Assembly: GCA_965649825.1 (NCBI GenBank)
Contig: OZ287702.1
Span: forward strand, 1-64,000
Length of the DNA stretch: 64,000 nucleotides
Direction: 5' to 3'
Source of the DNA: Penicillus capitatus
Lineage: Eukaryota; Plantae; Chlorophyta
Of this stretch, positions 48,201 to 58,720 are shown piece after piece (within the stretch, counting starts at the first letter, position 1; the number at the start of each line of letters is the position of its first letter). Both the position numbers and the translations under genes were made by a program. Under the pieces are notes generated by a model. That model ran no database searches. It was given only the letters and a program-made list of their open reading frames with translations, and was not told the origin of the DNA.

Positions 48201-49623
48201 CAAAAAGTTCCGCGTCTATGTTCTAGGACGCAAAGTAATCGCCCGAACCGACCATGCAGCACTGTCCCACATGCTGCGCAAGACAGACCTGACGGGTCGC
48301 ATTGCCCGCTGGAAGCTCATCCTCTCCGAGTACGACGTCCATTACGTGACAAGGCCCGGAGAAAGACACCGCAACGCCGATGGACTGAGCCGTTTGGTCG
48401 ACGAAGATTCGGCGCCACGACCAGTCAATAAAGAAGAGGACTGCGACGAGTGCCCTGCCCTCGTAGCCGAAGACGTTGCTGCGGCGTTCCAGGCCTGTCC
48501 AGAATACGCAGAAGCCCTCTCAACAGCCCACGAACCGGACAGTCGCTACCGATGGGGTGAGAAAAATCTTTTCTATGAAGACTTGGATGGACGGCGCAAG
48601 ATTTGTCTGCTGCCGCACCAAGTCCGCGCGGTGATCTCCGAGGAACATTGCCTCGGACATTTCTCCGCTGAAATAACTCTGCAGCGCGTCAGACACCGGT
48701 ACTGGTTTCCGAAGATGCGCAAGCAAGTGCAAGACCTCGTGAAGACTTGTCAAACCTGCCAGCTGTTCGGTCCCAAGCCGCCCATTCGTAGCACCATCCC
48801 CATTGCCGTCGAGGAACCATGGGAGCTGGTTGAGTTGGACACGGTCGTCGGCTTGCCGGCGACGCCAAGGAAGGCTGTAGGATTCGTCACGGCGATCGAC
48901 TGCTTCACCGGGTTCGTAATAACCGATGCGTTGACGTCCTTGGGAGCTGCGAAGACCCTCAAGTTTTTCATAAATAAAGTCATTTGTGCTTGGGGTGTGC
49001 CGCAGAGAATCCTGACGGACAATGGAACGGAATTCCAGGGTGTTTTCGACCAGACAGTGAAGGGCCTGAGAATTGAGCATCGATGGTCCACGCCACGATA
49101 CCCCCGCAGCCATGGCAAGGTCGAGAACGTGCAGCGCCTCATTCTTGACCGCCTGAGAAAGTGCCCAAACCCGCGAAGCTGGGACGAGAATCTCCCGGTT
49201 GCGACGTTCGCCGTGAACGCCCGTCGAGGCAAGTTTCTCTCGCCACTTGAGCTCTTCTCAGGGGTCGTGCCGAAAAGCCGTACCGAGGTGAACCTGTTGG
49301 CCGGCGAAAGCAAAGGGGATGCGGAGCCCTTGCAGACCGCCCTTGCGGACCGTCTGACCGGTCTCGCTCTTGGTCGCGAGCGTTTTCGAGATTCCGCGAG
49401 GAAGATCCGCGAGTCCTGGACTACGGAAGCCATCCTTCCACGCATCGAGCCTGGAAAGGAGGTTCGCGTCTACCGACTCGAAGACCATGGGAAATTGGAG
49501 GCAGCATTCGAGAAGGGCGTCGTGACGTGGTGGGGCAACCAAGGGGCGTGCAGAGTTCGAGTTGGAGACCGCGCAAAGAGAGTCCCGCAGTTCTGCGTGA
49601 AGCCGTGGATCGCTCCCCAATAA
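45214..49623 (+). CDS. Gag-Pol polyprotein (Gag, aspartic protease, RT, RNase H, integrase); no frameshift
   Basis: Gag FPRYDGRTDPRRW; protease IIDPGS; RT LDGFSGYY, PFGVTNGPA and FIDD; RNase H DTDASAYGIGAVL, YSATEREGLA and NADGLSR; integrase HCLGH...CQTCQ, ELD, TDNGTEF and GKVENV. Confidence 0.97.
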   Translation: MRIESISFPRYDGRTDPRRWVNKMTSLFRLQQINDDPGTRAEIAVTLLDGPAADWAELHHDADAHLNIDWAEWSQLVVDRFVRDQDPDRAKDQLRHVFQKRRESLLAYAERFALMCSRARPAIDPDDYYKYWLRGLQNDRAAEYAFTRLAASNNAPTFEYAVRYAKYATEARKNVRGYEETDEEEDEPEPRQENSNRQTVLREHGARRLAKSGRKTTTVVAEEPAADDSEDEELRQLITGLTSLLAKKQEKRRARRAEANASRFVESMSEDGDSETAARMADEEENQPSKRRRGAPGKKARKPRKKPELDREWADYAAQAWAIPLRFLKGRSKREVYSQVILALRDAFGFTPKPRKQKASENQPSASAPPPQVDVEMEPEVAPRQVPEPEQQVALARQGNQEGNRCKVFVACRFANKVIIDPGSTQSILDSNFAKRERIRFATPSRGNLLLADGTMQKPLGRTEEVRADVGGVAVQQAFNVLNARNSYDVLLGMDWLRAVRAKANFEDGTYTIGLAKRITVLPKGRKIFIQPEPVADDVSEAQSESDMEADLEELLEQMRALCSEDDDSEEECFMALSDQVLDDIHISPDLKPEVISNVRSVIVENEDCFALTFQDMVRTPLMQFEIELRQGEVAKRCGRTRRLAPKETEFVKAQINELLEAKLILPWEEAARRYGCPKRKDRWLSPITIAPKKDGTFRFCCAYQRLNDATIPDKFVLPRADDLLDRVMGHAWYSALDGFSGYYSLGLHPESVLKTAFATSFGVYCWLVLPFGVTNGPAAYSRLVEQVYGGLDRVGVFIDDVCCAHQSEAGIVEDLRRVFARCRDGGLRLKPKKCFIGYREVDFLGHRLCPDGMRMDEAKVHKITKMPSPVDRKQLQSLYGMFSYYRRFLKNFASISAPLSSLLSTRQDFVWNAQAQNALEELKKLLVDGAVLAAVDENLPFLVDTDASAYGIGAVLSQEREGEERPIYFYSRLLKDAETRYSATEREGLALVVGLKKFRVYVLGRKVIARTDHAALSHMLRKTDLTGRIARWKLILSEYDVHYVTRPGERHRNADGLSRLVDEDSAPRPVNKEEDCDECPALVAEDVAAAFQACPEYAEALSTAHEPDSRYRWGEKNLFYEDLDGRRKICLLPHQVRAVISEEHCLGHFSAEITLQRVRHRYWFPKMRKQVQDLVKTCQTCQLFGPKPPIRSTIPIAVEEPWELVELDTVVGLPATPRKAVGFVTAIDCFTGFVITDALTSLGAAKTLKFFINKVICAWGVPQRILTDNGTEFQGVFDQTVKGLRIEHRWSTPRYPRSHGKVENVQRLILDRLRKCPNPRSWDENLPVATFAVNARRGKFLSPLELFSGVVPKSRTEVNLLAGESKGDAEPLQTALADRLTGLALGRERFRDSARKIRESWTTEAILPRIEPGKEVRVYRLEDHGKLEAAFEKGVVTWWGNQGACRVRVGDRAKRVPQFCVKPWIAPQ

Positions 49624-49714
49624 ATCCTTCATAAACGCTCAAATGGTTCTACCCTTTACCTGAGTGTGTCTTTTGTTCGTTCTGTGTCACTTAAACGTCG
49701 AGACGTGACGTGTT

Positions 49715-49727
49715 AAGTGAGGAGGAG
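49715..49727 (+). promoter_or_regulatory. Polypurine tract
   Basis: AAGTGAGGAGGAG lies 4 nt upstream of the 3' LTR. Confidence 0.8.
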
Positions 49728-49731
49728 TCAC

Positions 49732-50071
49732 TGTAGGAAATGAACCTCTAACTGTCAGCTGTGTAGCCACCGGAAGCGGTGGAGCCGTCACATAACCATC
49801 CAGGCGCGCTGACCATCGGTCGCGACGGATGTCGGCTCTCGACCTAACTTCCCCATAACGTAAGGGGTGTGGTTGTGCTGCATGCACTAGGAGTTCGCAG
49901 CTGTTAGGACGTAAGGGTAGGAAGTCCATAACCACCCTGGGTACATAAGGTCGACAATTCACCTTGTAACAACTCCTATTCGTGTCGCACCAAATCTGAC
50001 TGCGTTTCTGTCGTGACGTTGCGCGAAGACTCGACTATCTTTGAAACACGTCGTTACATCGATTCCCAATA
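49732..50071 (+). repeat. 3' LTR
   Basis: Matches 44820-45159 and is followed by the TSD ATAAC. Confidence 0.95.
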
Positions 50072-51817
50072 ATAACTTCGAAACACTTTTGTGTGCAGCT
50101 CCCAAAACAGACGTCACAAAGAGACAGCGAACAGCTCCTAATAAACAGAAGATTCTACATATGGGTTTCCGGATGTTATCCGTTTACCATCAGCTGTGTT
50201 GCGCGTGAGCAGATGGTCGCTAAAGACAAAAACTGAGCTAGGTATCCGTGTATCGCCTTCGGCTGAGGGTGTTGACCACTCAGAAAGGAATGTATATCTT
50301 CTGCACGAGACAGGGTGGCCAGTTACGGCGTCGGACTCCTCAATGTCCAATTCCAAAAGTGGTTCGTCGTCGCTGTCTTCGCTCTCGTGAACGGCATCTT
50401 TCCGAACGAACGGCGGCGAGTTCGTCATCTGCGTGGGTCGCGCAGGCATGCGAACGTCGCGTCGACGATGGGACTGCGAACTCTGAAGTGACTGTCACAT
50501 CGGACGAGTCACATACACCATGTCGGACGCAAGCGGAAGTTCGCTTCGCCGACATAAATGTCCGGCCGTGGAGCAGGTTTCGCGCCGCTCGACGATCGAC
50601 ATCGTCACGGCCCCTCACACCGCAGGAATACGGCTCGTCGTTGACGCAGCTTGTATTCCGACCTCCAAAGGCGCTTTGCGCCTTTGGATTTCCTTGTTAG
50701 ATTGAAGCGGAAGTTTCAGAATCTAACCGTCCAGTCCCATCTTGCAAAATCTCGTTTCTCTAGGAGATTTGGAAGTCGAGATCGTTTTCCTGTTTTCTCC
50801 GGAGCGATCACGACAGAGCGACTGAACTCTGATCGTCCCGTCTCCTTACCTGGTATGCCCTCGCCTTTCGTGAAAGCATTAGAATGTCGAGTGACGACAG
50901 ATTCCCTTCACATCGTTCCTGGACAGACACCCGGAGAAGGATGCTCAGCGGAAGGAGTTTGCGCCAATTGTCCCTGTATGAAGATGAACTCGTTGGACGC
51001 TTTGCAGCGTGTTCTCCACGGTATTCATCCATCCCTGCATACTTTTCCTCCTTGACCATACCAAGAGACCATTAGGGCGAGTTTTTCAGCATGGCGATTT
51101 TCTTGGGTGCGAAGATGGAAGGGATTCTTAGAGCGCGGATAACAATGGAGAGAAGCGATCTATGCAAGAAGTCGGATGGAGACCTTCTGAATGATCTATG
51201 CCCTCTGCCTTTCTCTTGCTTTGAGAAGTGGTCGTCGAGTTCATGTCATGAACAAGACCAGGTGTACATCGAAAAGGAGATTTCTGTATCGAGGCGGCAC
51301 ATTTTCAAACTCTATAGAGGGGAGTCGGTGTTTCACGGAAAGCAAAGAGGTTTGTTCCGAAGCTTTGCATCGTGTTGCGACACACACAGTCGCCTTTTAC
51401 TGCACTGGTATGGTGAGCAAGACATTCTGAACCTTAAAGGCAGACGGACCACTGTCTCGCGCGTTTCTACGAAACTTGCAGAGAAGGTCGACCACAAGCT
51501 GCGGACAGAAGATATCATCTTTCAACGCCTTTCGTGTAATGCGGGTGGCCTCAGAGAAGTGCATGTAGCAAACAGGATATGTATGAATCAGGTCTTACAG
51601 CCCCGTGCGCCAGTAGCATGTGGGGGATAGCAAACAGAATGTCAATTCAAGTCCATTGTCAGGATGCTTCTCAACGATTGGAGCATCCATTCTTCAGCCT
51701 TGGAGGCCTAAGAAGGCAGAACGGAGCATCGATCTATAACGGGCACATTTGCCCCTGCTATAAACTTTCAAAGCATTTTGAATATCCGAGGGATTGCGAT
51801 GACCTAATCCCGGATCG

Positions 51818-52761
51818 CTACATCTTGGATCTTCTCTGTTGGTTTTTAGCGATCTTATCATAAATCTTCAGCACTTCACCCAAATGCGGAGCGCAAAACC
51901 GATGCATCGCATTAAGATAACGGATAATTCTTGGAAATCCTTTGAAATCGTGGACGTTTCTTAGTTCCTTGTCCACATGAGGAAAATACCGCAAAACGCG
52001 TAGACTCTCCAATTCACAAACGATGAGAAGGTCCGCAACACTGGGCAGCATTCCTGCAGAGCGTCCTTGAGTTCGGAACAGTAGATACCCCGACGCTGGA
52101 TATGCATACCGATGGAGACATGCGTCGATGGAATGGAACAGAATTCCGTATCCCTCAGGAATTCTTCTTCGAGAACAGCAAACGCATCTTGCATTTTCTT
52201 CCCGCCTTCTTCCACGATGTCCTGTCGAATACGGCCTTTCTGCTGCATCTCGACAAAGATCTCGCGCTCGATCAGCTGCTCTCCTGTGCGAAGCTAACAC
52301 AAGACATCACACGGCCATCGACATTAGATTCGGCAAACTGTCGTGTGATGCCAGTGCATGAGTGCATCGACGACTGTCTGCTGTTTCATATCTGATGGAT
52401 ACCAATGATCCGCTATCGTGTTTCTGAATACATTCGCCAAGTAGCTCAAAATTGCTAAAGGCAGAACACCGCGCGCAAGACGGATTCGCGATGGAGGATG
52501 GGTAAGTAGCCTACCGCACGATTCTGGCAGACCGAAGTTGTCATGCAGAAGAAAAGGAACCTTGTGCAGTGGAATCAGTTTTGTGTAAGGCTCCTGCTGC
52601 ATCATTTCTGTCCCGAGTCGCAGTTGGACCTCCTCCACATCGAGATCGTTCATCCTGTTGCCGTCACAGTCGGTACTGCTATTTGGCGTGCTCTCTGCTC
52701 ACCGACAGAAAACGCGACAGGCACAGGACGGTGCCGAAATCGTGGCGATGAACAGTTGCAT
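51818..52761 (-). CDS. Glutathione S-transferase, theta class-like (multi-exon)
   Basis: MQLFIATISAPSCACRVFCR/MND..., IPLHKVPFLLHDNFGLPESC/AILSYL...DHWYPSD...VDALMHWHH and SVADLLIVCEL. Confidence 0.85.
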
Positions 52762-52873
52762 TGCTATTTGCTCGATCCTCCTCTCTTAGGCCAATCTCGC
52801 TGCATTAAGGCCGTCATCTATTGCGACGGCGACGTCATCCGCCGACACCCGCCTCCGCCATCCTTAGCAAACC

Positions 52874-54662
52874 ATGGCAGAATCCTCGACTCCTATGGAC
52901 TACACGCTCAAGGCTCATGATACGATTCCTGCAGGGGATGGTCCAGTGCTCGTCTGTATCCTTGACGGCTGGGGGGAAAATACGTTCAAAGACAGTTTTA
53001 ACGCGGTCCACGTGGCGGAGACGCCATGCATGGACGCCCTGGCTGAGAAATCACCTGATCGTTGGCGCCTCGTTCAAGCACACGGAACGGCGGTCGGTCT
53101 ACCGTCGGACGCAGATATGGGCAACTCCGAAGTCGGACACAACGCCCTCGGTTCTGGGCAAGTCGTTGACCAAGGAGCACGCCTCGTAGACATTGCCCTT
53201 GATACGGGCTCCATGTACACAGGCGATGGATGGAAGCTCATCTCCGAAGCCTTTGCCGAACACACCGTTCATTTCATCGGTCTCCTCAGTGACGGCGGCG
53301 TGCATTCGAGATACAATCAATTGGTCAGGACGATACAAGGAGCCGTGGAACGCGGTGCCAAGAGCATCCGAGTGCATATCTTAACAGATGGACGAGATGT
53401 GCCCGACGGCAGCTCGATACAATTCACACAGGATCTGGAACAAGATCTCGCCAAGCTCGCTGCAGCCGGTTGCGATGCCAAGATTGCATCGGGCGGCGGA
53501 CGGATGAAGGTCACCATGGATCGCTACGAAGTATGCTGCTGCCATCCGCGTGTGATGGAGTGTCATGTCTGCTTTTCAGGCGGATTGGAATATTGTGAAA
53601 CGTGGATGGGATGCTCACGTGTTGGGAAAAGGCGAACATACCTTTACCAACGCCGTCGATGCGATCAAGACGCTCCGAGATGAAACGGGGCCGAAACCAG
53701 TCTCCGATCAATTCCTGGACTCGTTTGTGATTGTCGATGAAGACGGCAATCCAGTTGGCACCGTTCAAGACGGCGATGCCGTGGTGCTATTCAATTTCCG
53801 TGCCGATCGTATGGTCGAGATCTCTAAGGCATTCGAGTACGAGGAATTCAGCATCTTTGATCGCGAACGTTTTCCAAAAGACATGAAGTTTGTGGGAATG
53901 ATGCAGTACGATGGCGACCTGAAGCTTCCAGCCAATTATCTTGTCCCGCCGCCCTTGATCGAACACACATCCGGAAAATATCTCGTCAAGAATGGCGTTA
54001 CGACATTTGCCTGTTCAGAGACGCAGAAATTCGGGCACGTTACTTTCTTCTGGAACGGCAATCGATCTGGTTACTTCGATGAGAAGCTGGAGACCTATGT
54101 CGAGATCCCTTCGGATCAGGTGCCATTTAATGAGAAACCCGATATGAAAGCACGAGAAATCTGTGAAGCCGGGAAAGAGGCGATGTATTCTGGCAAGTAC
54201 AAAATGATCCGTATCAACTTTGCCAACCCAGACATGGTGGGACACACCGGCGACCTGGATGCCACCATCCATGCCTGCACCCTCGTCGATCAATGTGTCA
54301 AACAATTGCTGGATGTCTGCAATGAAGTGCGTCTGCCTTGCTCGACCCTGACTCTTCGCACATAACGTGGTGTGGTTTAGCTGAACGGTCGTTGGTTAGT
54401 GACTGCCGATCATGGCAATGCAGATGACATGGTGCAACGCAAGAAGAGCGGAGCTGTGTTGTATGATGGTGATGTTCCGCTGAAGTTGACATCTCATACG
54501 TTGTCACCCGTTGTTGTGGCTATCGGCGGATCTGGACTTCCAGATGATGTGAAGTTCCGTCAGGATCTACCGAAAGCTGGACTCGCCAACATCACGGCGA
54601 CCTTTATCAATCTCTTAGGTCTTGAGGCGCCGGCACATTATGAGCCGTCGCTGATTGGTTGA
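52874..54662 (+). CDS. gpmI: 2,3-bisphosphoglycerate-independent phosphoglycerate mutase
   Basis: ILDGWG, AHGTAVGLPSDADMGNSEVGH, SDGGVHSR, DGRD, SGGGRM, NFRADR, SETQKFGHVT, NFANPDMVGHTG and TADHGN. Two introns. Confidence 0.97.
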
Positions 54663-55459
54663 TCGCCAAGTGCGAGAATTGTCGTCGCATCCAAAACGGC
54701 ACCCTTTAAATTATGCTTGTCGTCTAGGGTCATGTCCCGAAAGGTTTCGTCGCGTTAACAATGCGTTGTTCGTATGGAGATCGAATTCGAAGAAAGCGCA
54801 TCGCGTTTACAGCGTTCGGTCGCTCCGTAGCGTCACCGATTCACGTGACCGACCTGAACACTCCATCTCTTTGTTGAAGGACATGACGAGCGAAGCCGGA
54901 ACGTCGTTCAGGCAACGGAGACGACGTGAATGTTCGAACAGGGCACGACCGAAAAAGACGTCGCATAGCTTTACATATAAGCGTAAAAGCACAAAAGGGG
55001 GCCACCTTTCAAACCCTGGAGTTCTGACACGATCATCCATCACACGATGCTCTGCTCGCTTCTCAGAAATCGAAAGGCTTCCGAAGACCACGACATCCGC
55101 ACGAAGACACTGAAAGGAGACATTGCCTTCATCCAGTGTTCCATCGGGAGATCCTCGTGATTAACATTTCAGCAAACTCCCAAGGTAAGACAACATTTCG
55201 ACACAGGCAGTAGACAGACACACCACGTGTTCTTACCGCAGAACCACCTGCATTCGATTCCTCCGCGTCAAACCCGAGAATAGGGCGTTAGAGCAAAGAC
55301 AGATGATGTTTAACCGAAGGGGATGCGTTATCGATCGGAGATCCAGCAGTTTTCGCAATGACCGTGTCGAGCACGAACATTATGATTTATCATCGGACGT
55401 TTTCCGACCTTCATTATCCGAGATAATCTCTTTATTCGTTGTCTGTGTTATAGCACGCT

Positions 55460-56644
55460 ATGTCGATAACGCCGAATGGTTATCAGCTCGTTCTGGGGCG
55501 GCTGCCCGGAACAGCAGCGTCTTCTACTATCGACACCTCCAGTTTTCCGACTGGCTCCGCTTCGGAGAAGAATCCCAAGTCGCAACTATTGGAGTTCTTT
55601 CAAAAGAAACAAGAAACGCCGCATTTTACCACGACGCCGCTATCGAAGCCGCCGGCCAATCCAAGTTTCAAGTAGAGAAACGAAAACGCAGCAGAAGCAA
55701 AACAGAGGTGCCCATAGGTGTGTCCTCGTCTGCCCGGCCGTGTCAAATCCCTACGGATCCGAACGCGTCGTCCCCGAAACGGCCTTCGAAGGAAACGGCC
55801 GATCCAAGAAACTCGCTGAACAGTCCGCTTGTGTGCAAGCTCTGGAGCTCTATCGATCGAAACGTCTCATAGGAAATCTGAAAGTACGGACTTTATATGA
55901 ACGTATGAACGCATGTTCGAAGTATAATGTGTGTGAGATAGATGATGCAAAACAATTCGTCGCCTGTGCCGTCGGCGATGCCTGAGACTTCTCAGATGTA
56001 TACTGTCGCTCCGGGTTCAATTCAGCAGCCGGGACAGGCCAGCGAAGTCTATATGCAGCCGGGTCTGCTGACGGGAGCGATCCCCATGCAGCCCGTTTTG
56101 GCGAATGGTGGTATGGCTGTGCAGCCGACAGCAACGGCGATGATGGCAACGCAGTCCGCATATACGGCCTACTCTGGCGAACCAGTGTTGCCGTCATGTA
56201 AGCGTCATACATACGAGAGGGTGATGCAAGAGTGTATGATGTGACGTTTGTAGTTTCGCGACCGATGACGAGTGAATCCGACAATCCAGGATCCGGATTA
56301 CCGATCGATAGTGAAGCAGACGAGGAAGAAAGTGAGTTGAACAGACGCTTGAATGATGTGACCTGTGTCGCTGTGCAGACGAATACACTTTGGACAATTC
56401 GGATTACTCAACCCGCAGGGCAGAGATTCTTGCAAGTTCAAATATTCACGACGTGCAGGACATCGCTGTCGAGGTCAAAAGCCGTGATGTGACGTCTTTG
56501 TGCACTCACCTCTATGTGTTAAAGGCACTGAACGAGATTTTGGAGCTGCGTCAAGAACTGTTTAACGCAAAAATGGCGATCAAGGATCGCATACGAAAGG
56601 CCCGAAAGATTCAGCGGATTGCGTATGAGCTGACGCAGGAGTGA
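55460..56644 (+). CDS. Small protein with a single dsRNA-binding motif, Q/P/M-rich linker and acidic/coiled-coil C-terminus
   Basis: NPKSQLLEFFQK...PSFK/CVLV...FEGNGRSKKLAEQSACVQAL is a DSRM. An intron at about 56198-56253 joins the linker to MTSESDN...KIQRIAYELTQE*. Confidence 0.7.
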
Positions 56645-56864
56645 ATCCCGATGCGACAGACAAGGTCCAGTCTTTCGCACTTGACGCCGATGCACCATCG
56701 AGATCATCTTCCACACTTTAGACTTCGAGATCATGACTCGATTGCCACACGCGTCGCATTTCTTGGGCCATTGGCGAAATCTTGTCGAAAAAAATGCTCA
56801 GCTGTCTATAATCGGCAATTATGTTCTTTTGAGATCAGGACGTCAACAAAACGGCATCTCGCGT

Positions 56865-58689
56865 TCAGGATTGGATCCTTCCCAACACCCATTCGGCAAA
56901 GAGCGATGCTCCGTAGCCCGTTGGCGTCGCGCTCTCAGTATTCCAACCTGCTCCTGCGATATCGATGTGCGCCCACTCGACTTCGTCTGTCTTCACAAAC
57001 TCTTTCAAGAAGAGGCCGGCTGTGATGGATGAAGCATATCTGCCTCCAACATTCCGCAAATCGGCAATGCCCTTCGTTAACGGCTCCAAGTAATCCTCTT
57101 CCAATGGCATTCGCCACACGCGATCTCCTGTTCTCTGCGATGCTGCGACGATAGACGCAGCCATTGCATCGCTGGGCGTAAAGACGCCAGCGATTTTGGT
57201 GCCCAGCGCGACGATGATGCCACCTGTCAGGGTCGCCATGTTAATAATCGACGTCGCTTTGCACTCGTTCTGAGCGTAGAGCAAGGCATCGGCCAGTGTC
57301 AATCGTCCCTCAGCGTCTGTATTGATGACTTCGACGCTCTTTCCGTTAGAGGCGGTGATGATGTCCGATGGACGATAGGCGTTTCCGCCGACCATGTTCT
57401 CGCACGCAGCGATAATGAAATGCACCGTGATGTTGTCCACGCCCAAATCGCCAAGGATATGGGCAGCACCCAATGTGGCACCAGCACCACCCATATCAAA
57501 TTTCATGTCTTCGATTCTGCTGTTCACTTTCAGATTGTAGCCACCCGTATCGAACGTGATGCCTTTGCCAACAAAGGCCAATGTCTCTTTGGGCGTTCCT
57601 TTGGTGTATGTCAAATGAATGAACTTTGGAGGAGAGAGGGAGCCGTTTGCCACTCCCAGGTATAATCCCATACCCAACTTCTCGCAGTCCTCCTTTTCCA
57701 ACACCTACAACAGCACCTGTCACATCGTTTTCATTCTCCTGTCACATCGCTGCCTTCAATTCAAAAGTCTCTGGAAATTTCTGTTGGATCATGGCGGCGG
57801 CATCGGCTAAGTGTCCTGGATAGCAGACATTGGCTGGACTCTCGATAAGATAGAATGTTAATAACGTCCCCTTCGCAAAGGCATAGGCCTTCTTCACCCC
57901 AGCTTCCACCACCGAAGCATCCATATTCATAAGCGTGATCGTTTTGAGCGGATTCTTTTTCGGTTTCTGTTTGTAGCGGGTCGACTCGTAAGCTTCCAAC
58001 AACAAAGCTCGGATGACATGACTGACGACTTCCGAGAGATCAGCTTCAGGTGTTGCATCAAACATAATGGTCACACTCTCACACTTTTGCCCTTTAGCTG
58101 ACATTGCCAATTGACTGCCGAACTTGTAGTAAGCACTGCGTCCCCACTTAGCTGGCAATATTGCATCCGCTTTCTTTCCCAGACCAAAAAAACCGACGTT
58201 TCGCGTTTTGCCTCCGCCACGAACGACGGCGCTTTTGCCGAGTTCACCTTTAAAGTCGCCCTTTGCGACAACATACGACACCGCGCCGCCCAAAACCTCG
58301 TCCTTGTCCATGAGCGTCTCCGATATGCATTTCACGCTTTCCACTTCGTCATCTTTCTTTGTCACTTCGAAGGCCTCTTCAAAAACCCCAATCGCCAAGA
58401 GATCCGTAGCAGCGTCGCCGATTTCCCCGTCCGTTACAATTGCTTCGGGAAATGTACTCGGCATCAGTTCCACCGTCCAGTTCGTGCCACTGACGATGGA
58501 GTAGGTCCCAGTCGTCGGGGTTTCGGCACCTCCTGCCAAGACAGACATCCTTCCAGCGATCTTAGATGATGGGACGTTTGGCAAGAAGCTAAAAAACGGC
58601 CGTCGCGCTGAACGTGCGTTTCGTAATGGGGCGGCTTTGAAAAATCGACGAATGACAAAACTCGAAGCCGATCGTGATGCCGAGAGCAT
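56865..58689 (-). CDS. LAP: Leucine aminopeptidase (M17), organelle-targeted
   Basis: VGKGITFDTGG, MKFDMGG and NTDAEGRL. Transit-like MLSASRSASSFVIRR. One intron at about 57645-57736. Confidence 0.96.
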
Positions 58690-58720
58690 CGTCAAATGCC
58701 GCTCATCCCAATCGCGTCAT

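Larger units (their letters stand above)
44820..50071 (+). mobile_element. Intact Ty3/Gypsy (Metaviridae) LTR retrotransposon
   Basis: Two 340-bp LTRs with no difference seen by eye. 5-bp TSD ATAAC (44815-44819 and 50072-50076), PBS, PPT and a single gag-pol ORF with domain order PR-RT-RH-IN. Confidence 0.97.
43961..51059 (-). pseudogene. 3'-truncated callose (1,3-beta-glucan) synthase-like gene containing only the FKS1 N-terminal domain, interrupted by the LTR element
   Basis: Rejoining the flanks gives LFWELHTKVFRS|YHAWCEH...SELALSYLIWTEAHNLRHLPELLNFLFW...FLDLVVQPIFDFL...RVNYDDVNES, all FKS1_dom1-type motifs. The frame ends within about 100 bp of the PPP4R4 start. The 5' exons (50100-51059) are uncertain. 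Confidence 0.7.

Noticed and set aside
51091-51630. 179-aa plus-strand ORF between the callose-synthase fragment and GST
   Set aside because: No recognisable motif and no supporting splice pattern; cannot be supported without expression data.
54655-55300. Basic ORF MTSEAGTSFRQRRRR... upstream of the dsRBD gene
   Set aside because: Low-complexity with no domain; could be UTR or a uORF, and is not supportable.
56245-56264. Apparent 20-nt gap suggesting a second bicistronic pair (dsRBD ORF then MTSESDN ORF)
   Set aside because: A strong GTAAGC donor near 56198 and a tttgtag acceptor near 56253 join the two ORFs in frame, so this is one gene.
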